Of a stretch of 64,000 nucleotides of DNA, positions 50,701-64,000 are shown piece after piece. Numbering within the stretch: the first letter of the stretch is position 1; each line of letters starts with the position of its first letter. The stretch covers positions 36,520,001 to 36,584,000 of the forward strand of contig CM052816.1 of assembly GCA_028534125.1 (NCBI GenBank), in the 5' to 3' direction. The position numbers were made by a program, and so were the translations under genes. This DNA comes from Lama glama (lineage: Eukaryota). The notes beneath the pieces are model-generated. The model made no database searches. It was given only the letters and a program-made list of their open reading frames with translations, and was not told the DNA's origin.

Positions 50701-52989
50701 ATTATGGTATCTGCTAGTTTTTTCCTCCTCCATTATTCCAAAGCACTTTGTACACATCTCTAATTTAATTCTTATCATATTGCTCTCTCTCTCTCTTCTC
50801 TTTGGAATAAATATAGAACATAACAGAGGTGAACAGAGATATTCACTAAATGAATGAGTAATAAGGGGTGAGATAATATAACTCTATTGATACATAAGTT
50901 AAATAATGAATAATGTTTTCTACTGACTATAGAGGTGCAAAGATAAACAATTTTTTTCTACATCTGAATATATTTTTATTTAAATGAAATCTAAAACGGT
51001 TATGCAAAAAAGCCCAGAAATAGTATTTAGGTTTAGTATTGCCATATTATTACATTATAATCAAGTATGTTTAGCATCATATGTAAAATGAGTCACTCTG
51101 CTGTTTGATAACTTAAAGCATTTTAAAACATGATAGAAAATTGCTTAAAAAAAGGTAGTTAGTACCAGTGCATATATATAGACAGCTTGATAAAGTAGAG
51201 AGAAAATGATCATTGAAGTAAGAATGACTTGAGTTCAAATCAAATTTTTTAACTTTGACATACAAGGGAATGAAGATGGAGTACAGAAGAAAGGCATAGT
51301 AAGAAACAATGAGGGAAGGTTGATGCAAGAACATGAACTGGAAAAAAAACATGGGAGGAAAAAATTAACAAGTGAGATCAAACATAGGCAGGATTGAACT
51401 AAAGATGTGGAGACAGTGAAGTAGCAGGAAAAATAGTAAACAGTAAGGGAAGAAACATTTTCTCACTTTACATAGAACTATTACAGTCAACTAGTCTTTG
51501 CAAAGAGGGTTTGTGTAAGTCAGATAAAAGGGTATATCAACTTATGTTGCTTTTGACCCTTTCTGAAAATTGATGGTGAGATGCAAGACAAAGACGGTTG
51601 GTTGTACTGTAATAAATAGTAGGTTTGGAAAGTTAGCCTATTCGTTTTGCAGAGATATTAAAGAGTGTTTGAAAATAGCAAAAAAAAAAATCTAAAAATC
51701 GCACGAGAATAGGAAAGAAAAACTGAAGAGAGAGGAAGGGATCTTGAGGTGGGGAGGGATTAGAGCCACGTGGGTATGTAAAAACCCTGTCACTCTAGAA
51801 CATAGATTACATATGTCTAAACTTGTGTGAGTGATGTTTGGGGAGGATATCTCAGGGGATAGGAGCTGAGTTCCACACCTGGGATGATGTAGTAGAATAT
51901 CGGGCCAGCAACGTACAGATTGTGTGATGGTCCGTAAATGAGCAAATACCACTAGCAGTGATTATGAAAAGCACTATTCCACCACAGCTGGGATAGATTT
52001 TCAGTCAATCATATTGAACAAATCTAAAAAGATAGGGCATTGAATTGGCATCCAGCTTAGAGGGATTTGAGATAGGTACACATAGTAAAGTACTCAAATG
52101 ACATGAGTCAGCTTTTTCTAAGATATCAGTTATTCAAATAAACAAACAATGTTGATTTCTTAAAAGAGTTAATGCTTATTTTGTTTTTAGCTATTTGGTT
52201 AGCAGTTATTAGTAACATAATTATCCCTCAAATTTTTTTAAGCAGTTCATCTTTTCTAATCCTTTTTGCTCAAGGACACAGCCGTAGACACTGCAAGAAC
52301 ACAGTGAGGATGAGCTGGGCTTACCCTATGCCAGTGTCAGCAGGGACTGCATTAACTCAAGCAGATATCTGTTACTTCCACCTCTGAGGGAGTTGGGCTC
52401 AACAGGGAATTTGGTTTTCAGAGGCAATTCACCTTCTGGCTTACTTTCTAAAGGACTATATTAACAGACAGAGGCTTCTAATGTACTTATTTTGAAATAT
52501 CATGTGACCTTATGTCTGTAGGTAACATTTGGGACATAATCTATTTTAAATATGCTTGCCTGTTTCTTGCTTTCAAAGCAAGTTAACTTAGTACAATTCT
52601 TCTATCAACATTCATCCATTATAGAGCAAACTTGAATTACAATAAAACCTTTTTTTCTAAATCTTTAATCTTTAACCTACTTTTCACTGATTATCCAGGA
52701 ATTTTAAGTAAACCGAATTAGAAGAAACAGTAGTTAACAAATTTCAGTTTTAATAAGCATTTTATTGGGGTATATCATGTGTAATGAAAATGCATAAATC
52801 ACAATAATCACAAAGTGAACTGACTCATTTATCATCTCTCTCTGTCTCTGTCTTTCTATATATTAGCATACAACTTATATAAAACTATTCTCTCTTCTGG
52901 AATACAATAAAATACAACTTTGAATCATCTCCCTATACCATAAAAATGTATTCGGTAAGGAAATTTAAATTTTCCCTTCCCCTTGATGA

Positions 52990-53900
52990 AATCTGGGACT
53001 CTGGCTGAGACTGTCCACAGTCTTATCTTTCTGGTCACTCTTGGATATTAAAAGACTCAGTTATTTTAAATTATAAACACAGTCTCAGTTTAGTGGTTCA
53101 AATTTCACAGTCCAGAAAATAATCAGAACTGTGAACCTGCTTTAACATTTGGTCCCTCCCTCTCCCCAGGGTCAGGGTCATGGTGGGGAGGATGCTTCCC
53201 TGTTTTCTTTTTCTCTACTCAGAGCAAGTCCTTCTCCCTATTGCTCTGTAACTGCTTGGTTCTCACCTCATCAGATTCAAACTCAGAGAGACAGAAATGG
53301 AGAGAAGGGTATGGTCTTTCATGGCAGTGGCTGTATGTGATTTCTGACTCTGTCTCTCATGGTACTTCTTAGTCCTTCAGAGGCCCCTCTAACCGGCTTG
53401 CTCCTGCTGCAACTCCTGCTAGGTGTAAGGTACTTGCTCCTCCAGGTGAGTATTCTACCAGAAGTCTTAGCTTTTCCTGAAGTCCATGTCCTGCAGAACA
53501 TTCCAGGTAGTGTTCATGGGCAGTCTTTATAATAGCTCTAAGTTCCCTTTCCTGTGGTACCCAAACATTCTTACTCCTGAGTTGGAAAGGCTTACTTTCC
53601 CAATTTCTTCTTCCTGCCCAGCTGTCTCAGGGCAGTGGCCATATCCTCTGGCTTTGTTATCCTTCTGGTATGTTCCAGACGGCAGCCCCTAAATCCTGAA
53701 AATCCCTCTCAAGCTACCTAGTGAATCCTATTGGAGGTGCTGTGAATGGACTTGAGGTAACAGGCAGGGGGTTGGCAGTCACAGTCTAGGAGCAACTCTC
53801 TTTAAAAAAGAAAGCAAAACAAAGCAAAACCCTCCTCACAAACTTTTCTTTTTATTCTCTGGATCTTTTTCTACCATCTATATAGGTCAGGAGTCCCAGT
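52990..53900. mobile_element. Probable old LTR-type element, family unresolved
   Basis: Discrete GC-richer, pyrimidine-biased block with no credible ORF; family not recognised. Confidence 0.3.
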
Positions 53901-53949
53901 GAGAAAGTTCTTCATGTCAGAAAACCATTCTCAAATATTTATTTTGTTC

Positions 53950-54660
53950 TGTTGTCTCACCTGCATGGAACATCTATTGTATTACAAGCCCTTAATATAT
54001 TATTCTGTTGCATAGATATGTGTGTATATAGCAGCTATAAATAATGTTTTTATATAGTACCTATTCTTTATTTCCTTAAATATATGTTATAATCATTTCC
54101 CAATGCTAATATTTTTATTTCATACAATTTTAATGACTTTAGATTATTCCTATTAATGTACCATATTTTATATAAAATAGTTCTTTCTTTGGACAAGCTG
54201 CCTATGAGTATTTCTCCTTAATTTTTACTACTGTTACAAAGTACCACAAACATAAACTCTTCATGGAAACAGTGATGTTTATTTCCTTAGGATAAATTCT
54301 TAGGAAGAATTGCTGAGTCAAATGTACGCACATTTTTAGGAGTTTTGGTATATAGTGCCAAATTGTCCTCTGGAAACTTTGTCTCAGCAGCAGTGTATGA
54401 AAGTTACTGTTTAATTTACACTTGGCAATAATGTGTATGTAATTTCTTTAGTCTTTCTCAGTTGATGAATAAAAATTAAATATCACTGAGAGTATTTGTA
54501 TTACTAGTGTTTGAAACTATATACACATACACATACATATATATATTAGACATTTTTATTTGATTTTAGAAAATTGTTCATTTCTATGTCTACTTTCTAT
54601 TGGTACATTAATTTTTTATTTATTTGTGTTTAAATATTAAGGACATCAAAAATTTGGCCT
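53950..54660 (-). mobile_element. Ancient L1ME-like ORF2/3' region, antisense
   Basis: ttatttccttaggataaattcttaggaagaattgctgagtcaaatg...atatagtgccaaattgtcctctggaaa...cagcagtgtatgaaagt. Confidence 0.7.
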
Positions 54661-54662
54661 TC

Positions 54663-55250
54663 TGTATCAGTCAGGACTCCAGTTGAAAAATAGAAACTAT
54701 ATTGACTATTTCAGACAGACAAGAATTTCATACATGAGATAGGATATAAAGTTTTGGAACCTCTGAAGGAAACAAAAGGAGAGGAGAATGCCAGGGGAAT
54801 AAAGAGGATGACAAGACGTTACCCTGAGATAAGAAAGCCACAAATGCCCCTGAGCAGGAGCCATGACTCTACAGCTGCTGCTGCCTGGTTGTAGGTACAA
54901 CTACAGCAGCTCCATCTCCAAAGTGGCACTGTCACTGCTGGGGATGGACATTCATAGAGGGGATCCTGTTGTTTGGGCTGCAACTGCTATGGCTGCTAGA
55001 GGCCAGGATTGTCTCCCACCACTGCCACTAGTGCCAAGGTCATCAACCGCTGCCACTTTCAGAGCTGGATGCAAAGCATGCTTTTTCCTACTTCCTATGT
55101 TTTAATATCTATCCTCTATCTCCCACTGACAAAATTTAATTGAAAACAAATTAACAGAGTATGGGGATAGCAGTTTAAAGTGTACAGCTATAGGGGAACA
55201 GAGCAGAGTAGTAAGGTGAGAACCAATGTGGGACTAAGAGACAAATGATA
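54663..55250 (-). mobile_element. Old ERVL/MaLR-type solo LTR inserted in the L1ME
   Basis: Starts tgtatcagtcaggactccagttgaaaaatagaaact; GC-richer interior; L1-like antisense sequence resumes afterwards. Confidence 0.55.
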
Positions 55251-55342
55251 ATTTGCATAATGCTTATAAATTACAGTATTTTCCAGCTTGTCATTCATTT
55301 ATCTTTTAATTTTATAATGTCTTATGAACATACAGAAATTTT

Positions 55343-55486
55343 GTATTTCTTCTTTTTTTTTTTATCTTTCTGTGGGGGGAGGTAATTAGGTTTACTTATC
55401 TACTTTTGATGGAGGTACTGAGGATTGCACCCAGGACCTTGTGCATGCTAAGCACACACTCTATCATTGAGCTATACCCTCCTCCC
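55343..55486 (-). mobile_element. tRNA-derived SINE (camelid Vic-1 type) with 18-bp TSD
   Basis: Minus strand reads gggaggagggtatagctcaatgatagagtgtgtgcttagcatgcacaaggtcctgggtgcaatcctcagtacctcca...aaacctaattacctcccccca plus an A-tail (A and B boxes); perfect TSD tgaacatacagaaatttt at 55325-55342 and 55487-55504. Confidence 0.92.
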
Positions 55487-55849
55487 TGAACATACAGAAA
55501 TTTTAAATTTGATTTATTAAATTTTTTAATCTTTTTTTCAGTTTTCTATCATTGGTATTTTGACTAAAATACATTCTCTCTATGTGTAATTACATGTATA
55601 AGTATAAATATATATGTGCATATACATATACATGTAAATATGTAGAAAACCTTTCCTAATTGAAGATGTAAATTTGCTTATATATTTATATTTATATTTT
55701 GATCTTTCTGGGTATTTATTTGTACATTCCTTCTTTCTTTCTGCCACATGCTTTCTTTCTATTTTATTATTATTTTTTTCTGCAACTTGTAAACTAATTA
55801 TTTCAGCATTCTTTAAGCAATAACTTAGTCCTCAAATAGTTACAAATGT

Positions 55850-57622
55850 GATCTCTAGAGAGCTATCCAACCTGCTGGCTCTAATTTCTCTCTTCCAGTT
55901 CTTTCACCACCTTCAAATCAAGCTTTGGCTGATCTTTATAGGCCATTCATGACCTCTACCTACCTTACTAAATCCAAACTTCAATTCTCAGTTCTCATCT
56001 CACCTGTTGAATCAGCATCATTTGACTTGCTTGGTTACTTTTTCTTCCTTTCTTTTCCTCATCAGTCGTGCCTTCTCAGGCTCCTTTACTTGCTTCTTCT
56101 CTCCTGTACTTGTTAATGTGTGAGTTTCCTAGAGCTCAGTTCTTAGACATTTTCTCTTCTTTCCACATTTACTCCCTTGATGATTTTTTCTAGTCTCTTT
56201 GGTTTAAATACATCTATGTGGAAATCTATATCTCCATTCTAGAATTTTCCCCTACATCCCAAAATTATATATCCATATGCCTACTTGACATCAACATTTC
56301 CTTACCTAGACACCTCAAACTTAACAAAATAAAAACCAAATACCTTATCATTGGTACCAAACTTGCTTCTCCTGTAATCCTTCTCATCTCCATAAATGGC
56401 AGTCGATCAGACTGCGCAACACTAATGCTTTGGATTCACCGTAGCTCCTCTAGTTCTTGGATACACATCCAATCAATCATAATACACCATCAGCTATCCC
56501 CTCACATTTATCAAAAAACCCAAAACTTCCACGGCTACTATCCTAGACAAAGCCACCATCACCTTTTATCTAGATTAATTAAAAACTTCTTAGTCTCTGA
56601 TTTCCACCATTTTCCCCTGCATTCAATTCTCAGCACAATAACCAAATTACTGCATTTAATATACAGATTCGACCATACACTGCTCTGTTGATAACCATCT
56701 AAAAGTATTTCATCTCATTCAGAGGAAAATCTCCAGAACCCTTATGATATTCCTCAAGAATATGCACCATACCACCTACATCTCACAACCTAAAGTTCTG
56801 TCTCTCCCTTGTGGTTTTTTTTTTAGTTTAATTTTTTTATTGAAATATAGTCAGTTTACAGTGTTGTGTCAATTTCTGGTGTCCAGCATAATAGTTCAGT
56901 CATACATGCGCATACATATATTCATTTCTAAAAACCTCACACAAATGAACTTATTTACAAAACAGAAACAGACTCACAGACATAGAAAACAAACCCATGG
57001 TTACCAGGGCAGGGGAGGAAAGGAGTGGGAAGGGGTAAGTTGAGAGTTTGAGATTTGCAGATACTAACTACTACATATAAGATAGATAAACAACAAGTTT
57101 ATACTGTATAGCACAGGGAACTATATTCAATATCTTGTAGTAACTTACGGTGAAAAAGAATATGAAAAAGAATATATGTATCTCTTCTTTTATTTTATTC
57201 ACACCAATCCACCCGTTTGTCTTTAAATCTGCCAAGCAAGTAGTCATTTTAGGGACTTTTACTTTCCTCCTGTCTGGAATGATCTTTCCCCACTTACCTT
57301 TATTACTCATTTCCTCTCCTCAGTTTTTTTCAAATTTTGCTTTTTAGCTCAGGCTTTTTTAACCATCCTATTTAAAATCACCACCCTAGAGCTGGCATTC
57401 CATATTTCCCTTGCTTAGTTATTTTCCTTCATTGCACTTGCCAACATCCAAAATATACTATATTTTACTAATTTATTTGTTTATCACCTGTCTCTTCAAC
57501 TACAATGTGAGATTAACGAGAGCTTGTTTGGTTGTTTGGTATATTTTGTTCATTGCTTTATCTTCATTGCCCAGAATGGTGCCTGGCACTTAGAAGATTT
57601 TTAATAAATATTTGTTTAATGA
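55850..57622 (+). mobile_element. L2 3' portion interrupted by an inverted L1
   Basis: ctcagttctcatctcacc...gcatcatttgac, cctacttgacatc...cacctcaaacttaaca, terminus cccagaatggtgcctggcacttagaagatttttaataaatatttgtttaatga. Confidence 0.85.
56815..57180 (-). mobile_element. Short lineage-specific L1 3' UTR with 5' inversion (twin priming)
   Basis: Poly-T and antisense tail at 56815-56928, followed by the immediately upstream 3' UTR in the opposite orientation at 56929-57180. Confidence 0.92.
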
Positions 57623-57769
57623 TTTAAAAGCTTACTATGTAATTGTAGGTATGTTTCTAGACTCTATGCTCTATGCAGTGATTTACTTGTCCAAATTTGT
57701 ACCAGTGTAATGCTTTCTAAATTACATCTCTGTAGTGGACTTTAAAGTTTGGAATTTCAAACATACTTT

Positions 57770-59140
57770 TTAAAACAAACTTTAATTTTAAAATAATTTT
57801 GGATTTACAGAACAATTGTGAAGATAGTGTACAGAGTTGCTAAACATTCTATTCCCAGTTTACTATTACCATTTTTGATTTGTCACAGTTAATGAATCAG
57901 TATTTATACATTATTATTAACAAAATCCATACTTTATCCAGGTATCCTTTTTAGGTAATGTCTTTTTTTTTTTAAGGAATCCCTCCAGGATACCACATTA
58001 TATTTAGTCATCTTGTCTCCTTAGGCTCTTCTTGTCTCCAGAAGTTACTCAGACATTTTTGTTTTTGATGACTGCAGTGGACTAACTGTTTATGTTCCTT
58101 CAAATTCATATGTTGAAATCCTAACCTCCAATGTGATGGTATTAAGAGGTGAGGCCTATTGGTGGTGATTAAGTCATTTTAATGTGCCTCATGAATAGGA
58201 TTAAAGCCTTTATAAAATAAAACTAAGAAAGATCCCTTGCCCTTTCTGCCATGTGAGGACACAGTGAAAAGTGAGTAATCTATGAACCAGAAAGTGAGCT
58301 CTCATCAGGCACCAGGTCTGCTGGAGTCTTGATCTTGGACTTCCCAGCCTTCAGAACTGTGAGAAATTTCTATTTATAAGCTAGCCAACCTATGGTATTT
58401 TTGTTATAGCAGCTGAGGAAGGAGTAAGACAATGAACTTTATAGTTTTGAGGAATACTGGGTAGGCATTTTGTAGATTTCCTCTCTATTGAAATTGTTCT
58501 GATGTTTTTCTCATAATTAGACTGGGGTTATGAGTTCTTGGAAGAAAAGCCACAAAGAAAAAGTACTCTTCTCAATACATCATATCAGGGGTACATATTA
58601 TTAACAGTACATCACTGTTGATGTCAGTCTTAATCACTTGGTTAAGGTAGTGTTTCTCAGGTTTCTCTAATGTAAAGTTACTCTTTTTTTTGCCTCTTTC
58701 CATACTATGTCCTTTGGAAGGAAGTTACTATATGCAGTTCACACTGAAAAAGTAGAGAGTTCTGTCTTAACAAGAGGGTTAATATATACATACACTCTTT
58801 GGAATTCTTCTGCATGGGAGATTTGTCTATATTTCCAATATTTATGTATTCAATCTCTTTTTTATAAAAGTATATGAATGCATGGATATTTATTTTACAT
58901 TACATTATTTATTTTACCACTCAAATGGTTTCAAATGGTTGTAGCTTGGCCATATAGAACACTTTCTACTGGCTCCTACTTCCCTTTGACATACCTCATG
59001 ATTATATTTTTGGTTTTCTTGAGCACTACCTTATTTTCTAGCACTCAAAGATTTTAGGTTGATACCCTAGTCCTAGTCCTAAATCTTTATTTGAGGGGAA
59101 CGTGATTCCTCTAATCAAATAATGGTTTTAAAAACCTGGA
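57770..59140 (-). mobile_element. L1MD/L1MC-like 3' end, antisense, split by an MLT1A LTR
   Basis: ttttggatttacagaacaattgtgaagatagt, ccaggataccacattatatttagtcatc, gatgtttttctcataattagactggggttatg, ggaattcttctgcatgggagatttgtc. Confidence 0.8.
58073..58431 (+). mobile_element. MaLR solo LTR (MLT1A-like)
   Basis: TG...CA ends; aaattcatatgttgaaatcctaacctccaatgtgatggtattaagaggtg; gatcttggacttcccagccttcagaactgtgagaaat; 5-bp TSD atgac/atgaa. Confidence 0.92.
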
Positions 59141-60461
59141 CATCAGGGTGCAAATATCATTTATTCATTCATTCATTTATCATTAATTTCTTGTGTACTT
59201 TTGCCTGCACATCCCAGATGGATATTAAAATCATTATTTCAAGTTAGAAAATTTTATGTTTGTTTTTATATTCACTCTGAATTTTTCTTAAGTTTGCTTT
59301 CATTGAAAAAATTGTACTGCTATTGTGAACTGCTCCACTTACATAACTGATCGTTATTATATTTAATTCACAAATGAAACTGTACTGAACTCATATATCT
59401 TAGTAGCCTTTAGCATTCTTTGATTAAATAATCATAAAATTGTAAACTACTTAGCTTTAATCTCCTGCTTTTTTAAAACTAACAAACTTCCAAATATTAA
59501 ATATAATAGTGAAATTCTATTCTTATTTGTGTTTCAGTTTTACTAAAAGGAAGACACTAAAATGAAAGGATACTCTGATTCAGTAATAGAATCTTGTCAA
59601 TCTATGGTAAAAAATCAGGACTTAATCAGTGAAGAAAACTTCAGATGTAATTCTGATAATATGTTGGTAATTCTAAGAAATTACCTAGAAGAGGAAATGT
59701 CATAATGCAGTAGGACCTACTCTAGGTAAATTGATATCACAAAAACTTTATTGCAGTCATTATAATTCTAAAGCACACATCAGTTTTCATCAGGATGTTG
59801 CTACTATAACTACATATTTCTTATATTTAAAAAAACTATTTGTAATCATCAAGTTTAACTTTCTTTTTAATAGGAAAGGATGCCTAGTTTTTCAAACGTG
59901 TATTTGGTAAAACCCAGTGATAAAGTTAGTACAAGGAATCAGACAGGTTTACCACAGATTTTAAAATACAATCATTTGTTTCTGATTTTTTTCCCTAGAG
60001 ATGTAGTTAAATACACAAATGCTTAAAATAAATTAAAAGTATCCTTTACTTTGATTGCTATTAGTAGATATTTCTCTAAAAAAGACGGTTAGTATTTTGT
60101 TTTTATTTAAGAATTGAGTTTGTATTCTGTTTTCCCCTTACAAAGATGGCAATTAAAGGCATGATGATCCTAGAGATTTTTATGGAAGAGGTCTTATTTT
60201 CTCCCAGATAAATTTTACTTTCAGATGGTCTAACGTGGGGAAAAGTGGCTAATATCAAGGACATACACTGGAATAAAAGCACTAGTTATTGTTGACTTGG
60301 TCATTAAGATATTAGATGACAAATGTGGATTTGCAGTTACCACCTGGCTGAAGTAGTATTTACCAGCAAGATTAGTTTATGCTTAATGGAAATTTTGAAT
60401 CTTGGAGAAGAGAAGTCTGAACTAGGAATGGAAAGAAGGTAGGATATTTTTGAGTTGTTCA

Positions 60462-60494
<33 letters not shown>

Positions 60495-60960
60495 GACAAT
60501 ACAGACTTGTCAAAATTAATTGCTACTTAGTTCTAACTTTAATGCTGACCCTTAAACTTGAAGGTTCATCTGCTCCTAATGAACCAAGATTATTTTAAAA
60601 CTTGCATAAATATTACAATATATTTTATATGAAGTTGTATAAGTAATATTCACACCAAACAATGTATGTAGTCAGAATATTCTTGAAGTTCTATGATTTT
60701 CTACATTTTAAAACTTTAAAGTTTATTTCTATGTTAACAGCTCCCCAACAGCCTGACGATTGTAGGGAGTCAAGATATATTCACTGAGAAGATTATTTCT
60801 TCATGGACACAGTAGCTCTATTTGTCACTCCAGTACCAAAAATTATCCAAAGGTATTTCTATCTGAAGCTAGTGTGCCTTTGGAGGATTTGTATAAACAG
60901 CCTTAATCTCTCCAGGCAATGGAATGAAGATGTGATTAAGAAAAGAACTATGCCATAAAC

Positions 60961-61281
60961 CAGGGGTTGGTAAACTTTTCTGTAAAGGGCCAGATTATAA
61001 ATATTTTAGGCTTTGTGAGCTATACCATCTCTGTCACAAATACTCAACTCTGCCACTGGAGCATGAAAGAACCCATAGACACTACAAAATCAGTGAGTCT
61101 ATACTTCAATAGAACATAGTTTTTAGACACTGAAATTTGAATTTCATATAGTGCTCATAAGTCACAAAATATTATTCTACCTTTGAGTTTTTCAAACCTT
61201 TTCAAAATGTGAAAACCATTCTAAGCTTACTTAAACATGAGGCAGGCTAAACTTGCTTTCTTAGCCATTTGTTTCCATTGA
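60961..61281. mobile_element. MER58B-like hAT-Charlie MITE
   Basis: caggggttggtaaacttttctgtaaagggccagat...gacactgaaatttgaatttcatat...gtttactgatccccg (TIRs at both ends). Confidence 0.85.
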
Positions 61282-64000
61282 TCATTGTTTACTGATCCCC
61301 GATAAAAACAAATCCCCCATATAAATTAAATTCTCTCATGGTTCAGACCTCTCAGGACAGAATTTACCCAATAATTGAGCAATTGATGAAGATCATCATG
61401 CCCTTCAAGGGATACCATAAATCTAGTTCTGGGGCAGTATCACCATACTGATCTTCCAAAAGTTTTTTGCCTTCTCTTGGAAACAATGTTGATTAGACTA
61501 AAGAAACAGAAGTATTATTTCTAGATTTCCTGAACAAAATGTATACCTTACCTTTGTTTTGGTGAGGAAAGAAGTCTTTGTATGTGACAATGATATCTCT
61601 TGCTTTTTCCCATATGATGTATTAATTTTCTAACTTGGAAGGTTAAAAAAAGCATTTCCATGAACAATTGAGGTTAGACTGATAGACAGATAGGTAGATA
61701 TTAATAAAAAGAAAGTATATAGCTCAAGGTGACCCCAAACATATCCTCCCTCTCTCTGCTTAAGTTGTATATCATTAAATCTTTAACTAGGGAGTAGTAC
61801 AGAGTAAGCTGGGAAAAAAAAATTTATTTGGGGAAGCCAGGGAGCTCCATGAAAGCATTAGGCCATATCAACTTTGAGGTTGGTATGAATATGATACAGG
61901 GATGAAGAAGATGCTAGGAAGATACATTTTATTTAACTTAAAACTTTTGTAATCAGTTTCCTGAGACTATGTTAGATGAACATAATCTTATATATATAGT
62001 TAAAATAGAACATTTAGGACAGAATGCAGTCTAATGATGGTCAGTCTTCTCTTTTGGTCTTTAATTTGGGTAATGCGTGGTTTGGAAGTTAAAACCTAAA
62101 AAGAATAAAAGAGCTGCTTATTTCAGCTGGCAAAAAGAAAAAAAAAAGGAAAATGTAGAAACACAAAATTTTATTTGTATAACTTGAAAGTTTTCTAACC
62201 ATGTGATGTAGTGACCCAAAGCACTGAAAAGACTCTCTGGTAAATGAAAATGAAACTGTCTTGTTGAAAGCAACAAACTATCTATAAATTTTAAAATGCA
62301 ACTTATTTATTGGGTATTGGCCATTATAGAGAAGAAAAGATTTAGATATTGGCACAGGATTGTGCTGTTATTTTTACTTTATCTCAGATTTACAGCATAA
62401 AATGCATATTCTAAACATTCAGGCATAATACATGCAGTATACTCAAATAAAATATGAACTATTTTACATTGGTTGAAAAATGATTTTTCAGTTTTGATAT
62501 AGTTTTGACTTTTTTAACATATGCCTGGGGCTTATGTTGAGTAGTGTGAATTTATTTAAAGAACATGTATTTTACTGTGTATACTCAGACACACTAAGTA
62601 CAATTAATAACATTTCTAAAATGTACAATGCAAAATCCATGACTTAATATAATTGACCTGAAAGTAGTAATTCCACATTTATCTCCCAAGCTGGTCAGCA
62701 GAGAACAGGATGAAAATGTCTATTGAAATGTTTTAATCAATGTACATTCTCCATCCAAAATTGTGGTTGGATGAAGTCCAGAATGACTTTGTCTTCCTCA
62801 TATTTATCAAATGTTAAAGTAAAATGAAAGAGCGAAAAATGACTTGTCATAAATGGAAAACCTTAAAATTAACCATATTTGTCATTCTCAGTTTTTTCTA
62901 AGACCTCACATTTGGCTAGAAAAAAGCAAGGTGGTTTTCATCTTTTTCAGACACAATGAACTACGTTGTTCATTGGGTCAGTTGGCCTGCCAAAATTCCT
63001 TGGCAAAGGGAAGCTTCTGGCCAGCTAACTGTGATATAATAAATGATCTGACCAAATTGTCAATGAATTGAGATCTGAAGTTAGAGCTGCTTTGGGAATG
63101 GAGAAGTTAGTTATTTCTCTTCAACTCTTGCCCCTAAAAATATGAAAGCTCTGAAAAGTGTACCACAAATCTCTGGAGGATTAATACTGTAGCAAGTGGT
63201 GGTATGTTTCTCATTTGTCTCATGTTATGAATCATTTATTTATTTACAAGAGAATTTTCTTTATTAAACATTTATTATGTCTGATTTTAAATATAACACA
63301 TGTTCATTTGGAAAATAGGGTAAAGATGAAAGAATAAAATAACAGCTATCCATAATTTCACTACCCACACATATTCACTGTATAATTTTTGATACATTAC
63401 TGGTTGTTTTTCCTCACATTTGTAGATTACATGTTGTTTGTTAGTTTGTATTTTACTTTAAATAACTTCATATTATAGCAAAAATTATCTACCAAATTAT
63501 GAATAAATCTTTATAAATACTACTAAATATTTTAAAGTATTCAATCACAAGAATAATTTTTGGCCTTTTAATGTATCTACTTAGCAATATCTTCACAATC
63601 TCAGCATAAATTGTTTTAATATCTATCATTGCTTCAGTTTTCCATATTTATATTCTAAGATAACATGAACTATAATCCGGATATCTCTGTTAAAGTGCTG
63701 TCTTTAACTTATTTATTTATTTATTTTCAAAAGAACTCAATGTCAGGAATAACTTTCTAAAAACTCTGATGACCTCCACTGAGAATCTACATAGAATCAG
63801 TAGGGGCTCCTTTAACATGGGAGGTATGTAAATTTTTTGTGCTTTTTATGACAACCAGTTTGGTGTTTCTTTATTTCATACACTCTCTTCGTTATAGTGT
63901 TTTAAGTTCTGTTCTATCTTGGGTAAGAATATTTATTCATATAAATTAAGTTATATAAATGTCTGGTAATTAATGGATGGTCTTCTGTAAAGATGTGATA

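Noticed and set aside
55410..55486. tRNA gene on the minus strand
   Set aside because: The tRNA-like head continues into a SINE body and A-tail and is flanked by an 18-bp TSD; the B box is degenerate
56218..56691. 157-aa ORF
   Set aside because: Lies wholly within a decayed L2; no ATG start and no host-gene features
1..64000. CRISPR arrays, operons, viral genes, NUMTs, processed pseudogenes or CpG-island promoter
   Set aside because: No regular repeat-spacer structure, no long non-repeat ORF, no mitochondrial or viral coding sequence recognised, and CpG is depleted throughout

Overview
AT-rich, CpG-poor mammalian genomic DNA, either intergenic or deep inside a large intron. It is most likely camelid (alpaca/llama/camel), judged from a tRNA-derived Vic-1-type SINE and the lineage-specific LINE-1 3' UTRs. 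I find no credible host protein-coding exon, RNA gene or CpG-island promoter. The longer ORFs in the track are decayed LINE-1 ORF2 pieces, readings of other repeats, or microsatellite read-throughs. Much of the window is interspersed repeats: young 5'-truncated L1s (two with twin-priming inversions, one nested with a TSD), old L1M pieces, L2, MIR, MaLR/ERVL solo LTRs, hAT-Charlie MITEs and microsatellites. The most unusual observation is a perfect 65-bp copy of part of an old MLT1 LTR (40489-40553) pasted 940 bp downstream (41429-41493) into a quasi-palindromic TA/TG/CA microsatellite. It looks like a locally templated double-strand-break repair insertion, or an assembly artefact. I cannot support a new biological system from this sequence. 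Repeat family names come from recalled consensus motifs, not a database search, and most boundaries are approximate.
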